DNA of 45,086 bases from an uncultured delta proteobacterium (lineage in GTDB: Bacteria; Desulfobacterota; Binatia; UBA9968). The notes beneath the pieces were generated by a model that was not told the DNA's origin, did no database searches, and was given only the letters and a program-made list of their open reading frames with translations. The number at the start of each line of letters is the position of its first letter. Positions within the stretch are counted from its first letter, which is position 1. The stretch is taken from the NCBI GenBank assembly GCA_963847445.1, contig CAWJZV010000043.1:1-45086 (forward strand), in the 5' to 3' direction. Made by a program: the position numbers and the translations under genes. Of the stretch, positions 42,383 to 45,086 are shown one piece after another.

Positions 42383-44744
42383 TTGCGCGCGGGGCTTGTC
42401 TTCCCCGTCTCTCTGGCACCCCATTTCCAATCTCGGATTTCCGGCATGTCCTCACCGTGTTGCCGGATGTAGCGCTGGTGGTCGATCAGCTTGTCTCGAA
42501 TGATTTGGGTGAGATAAGCAGCGCACGGGCCCAAACTCGACACCCGATCGACGACGTCTTTGACCAGATGAAAGCGGTCGATGTCATTGCGCACCGCCAT
42601 GTCGAAGGGCGTGGTGGTGGTTCCTTCTTCCTTGTACCCACGAACGTGCAGGTTGTGATGGTTGGTTCGCCGATACGTCAGCTGATGGATCAGCGAAGGA
42701 TATCCGTGGTAGGCGAAGACGATGGGTTTGTCCTTGGTGAACAGGACATCGAAGTCCTTGTCGCTCAAACCCTGAGGATGCTCACTCTGTGGCTGCAGCG
42801 CCATCAAATCCACCACATTGATGACGCGGATCTTAAGCTCCGGGAAATGCTGCCGCAGCATCTCCACCGCGGCCAGCGTCTCCAGGGTGGGCACATCGCC
42901 GGCGCAGGCCATCACCACATCGGGCTCGCTGCCCTCGTCGTTGCTGGCCCATTTCCAGATGCCGAGCCCGGCGGTGCAGTGTTTGACTGCTGACTCCATG
43001 TCAAGCCATTGCGGCGACGGCTGTTTGCCGGCAACGATGACATTGACGTAGTGGCGGCTGCGCAGGCAGTGATCGGTCACCGTCAGCAGGGTATTGGCAT
43101 CAGGCGGCAGATACACGCGGATGATGTCCGCCTTCTTGTTCGCCACCAAATCGATGAAGCCGGGGTCCTGGTGAGTGAAGCCGTTGTGATCCTGACGCCA
43201 CACGTGCGAAGACAGCAGGTAGTTCAGGGAAGCAATGGGCCGCCGCCACGGAATCTGGCGGGTCACATCCAGCCACTTGGCGTGCTGGTTGAACATCGAA
43301 TCTATGATGTGAATGAACGCTTCGTAACTCGAGAAAAAGCCGTGTCGGCCGGTCAGGAGGTAACCTTCGAGCCAACCTTCGCACTGATGCTCGCTCAACA
43401 TCTCCATCACCCGGCCATCGGACGCGATGTGATCGTCGCTGGGGATGATTTCCGCTGTCGAGCTGCGGTTCGTCACCTCGAGCACGGCGCTCCAGCGGTT
43501 CGAAACGGTTTCGTCCGGGCTGAAAACGCGGAAGTTGCGTGCGTCGGCGTTGAGCTTGAACACGTCGCGGATGAACTGACCCTGCACGCTCGTCGCTTCG
43601 GCTTCCACGACGCCGGGCTTCGCCACCTTGACCGCGTAGTCGCGGAAGTCCGGCATTTTCAGATCCCGAAGCAGTAGCCCACCATTGGCATGAGGATTCG
43701 CTCCCATTCGCCGCTCGCCCTTCGGTGCCAGTTCAGCCAGTTCCGCCAGGAGCCTGCCGTTCTTGTCGAATAATTCCTGGGGCCGGTAACTCTTCATCCA
43801 CTGTTCGAGAATTTTCAGGTGCCTGGGCTTGGTCGCCAACTGCGCAACCGGCACCTGGTGCGCGCGAAATGTCCCTTCGACCGGTTTGCCGTCGACCACG
43901 CCGGGACCCGTCCAGCCCTTCGGCGAGCGCAGGATGATCATCGGCCAGCGCGGTCGTTGCTTGAACCCGTTCTTTCGAGCGTCGCGCTGGATGTGTTGAA
44001 TGTCGGCCACGATCGTGTCGAGTGTGGCCGCCATGAGCTGGTGCATCTCTTTCGGGTCGTCACCCTCGACGAAATAGGGGGTGTAACCGTAGCCACGGAA
44101 GAGCGCTTCAAGCTCCTCGCGGGAAATGCGGGCGAGCACCGTGGGGCCGGCAATCTTGTAGCCGTTCAAGTGCAGGATGGGAAGTACGGCGCCGTCGTGC
44201 ACCGGATTGAGGAATTTGTTCGAGTGCCAGCTGGTCGCCAGCGGGCCGGTTTCCGCCTCGCCATCGCCCACGACACAGGCAACCAGCAAGTCGGGATTGT
44301 CGAACGCTGCGCCATACGCGTGCGCCAGCGAATAGCCGAGTTCGCCGCCTTCGTTGATGGAGCCTGGGGTTTCCGGGGCCACGTGACTGGGTATGCCCCC
44401 GGGAAAAGAAAACTGCGTGAACAGCTTCTTCATACCTTGTTCGTCCTGGGAGATATTCGGATACAACTCGCTGTAGGTGCCCTCCAGATAGGTGTTGGCC
44501 ACCAGGGCCGGTCCGCCGTGTCCGGGGCCGGTGACGTAAATCATGTCGAGGTCGTATTTATTGATGACCCGGTTGAGTGCACGTAGATGAAGTTCAGCCC
44601 GGGCGTCGTGCCCCAGTGTCCCAGCAGCCGCGGCTTTACGTGCTCCAGCGTCAACGGCTTTTTGAGCAGCGGATTGTCGTACAAATAAATCTGGCCGACC
44701 GACAGATAGTTGGCGGCCCGCCAATAGGCGTTCATCTTGCGCAG
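42379..44744 (-). CDS. xfp: Xylulose-5-P/fructose-6-P phosphoketolase; one frameshift
   Basis: [81 protein letters not shown]. Confidence 0.93.
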
Positions 44745-45064
44745 ACCTCCAGATACGTGTTGGCCACCAGGGCCGGTCCGCCATGTCCGGGGCCGGTGAC
44801 ATAAACCACATTGAGGTCATATTGAGTGATGACCCGGTTGAGATGAACATAGATGAAGTTCAAGCCCGGCGAGGTGCCCCAGTGGCCCAGTAGTCGTGGC
44901 TTCACATGTTCCAGTTTCAACGGCTTCTTCAGCAGCGGATTGTCGTACAGGTAAATCTGGCCCACCGACAGGTAGTTGGCGGCCTGCCAGTAGGCGTTCA
45001 TCTTGCGCAGAAGGTCCGGCGACAACGGTTTGTCCGTGAGCTTGGGTCTTGTCTTCAAGGGCAT
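44745..45064 (-). pseudogene. xfp: Diverged tandem copy of the xfp 5' end carrying the RBS/start
   Basis: MPLKTRP...[13 protein letters not shown]...ALVANTYLE then joins out of frame to the second copy ([13 protein letters not shown]). Confidence 0.8.
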
Positions 45065-45086
45065 GTTCAATTTCCTTTTCAATTGG

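Overview
Bacterial DNA, apparently a low-polish long-read consensus: most long genes, including well-conserved ones (copA, ppk2, norZ, xfp), are broken by 1-2 nt indels, so I rebuilt them across frames. A 3' half of tRNA-Gly(CCC) at 9606-9650 (minus strand; att-like, with arm-type direct repeats at 9771-9790) splits the window in two. LEFT (1-9.6 kb): accessory genes for mostly secreted unknown proteins. These include a TPR protein, two paralogous exported proteins with a shared ~83-aa N-terminal domain but unrelated C-termini (one ends in a papain-fold Cys-His-Asp Tox-PL-like domain), two more 'LxGxW' beta-domain exported proteins, and a coupled pair of a T4 gp30.3-like NADAR and a minimal protein-kinase-like ORF. 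RIGHT (9.65-45 kb): a probable tRNA-Gly-anchored island. It starts with a CdaS-like diadenylate cyclase and an IS21 remnant, then runs ~29 kb of co-oriented minus-strand metal/stress cargo: Cu P1B-ATPase, DUF2933/DUF5676/ICMT/YHS paralogues, a Met-rich protein, an HMA-P2A ATPase, PPK2, TPM pair, qNOR, DUF302, a Cys-rich CBS protein, MFS, USPs, M48-LemA, GH144-like and phosphoketolase genes. That cargo is interspersed with truncated and duplicated gene fragments. No integrase, CRISPR array, rRNA or intact tRNA was seen. Best candidates for undescribed systems: the secreted modular/polymorphic toxin cluster (2.4-6.4 kb) and the NADAR-minimal kinase pair (7.5-8.7 kb). All family calls come from motif recognition by eye, not database searches.
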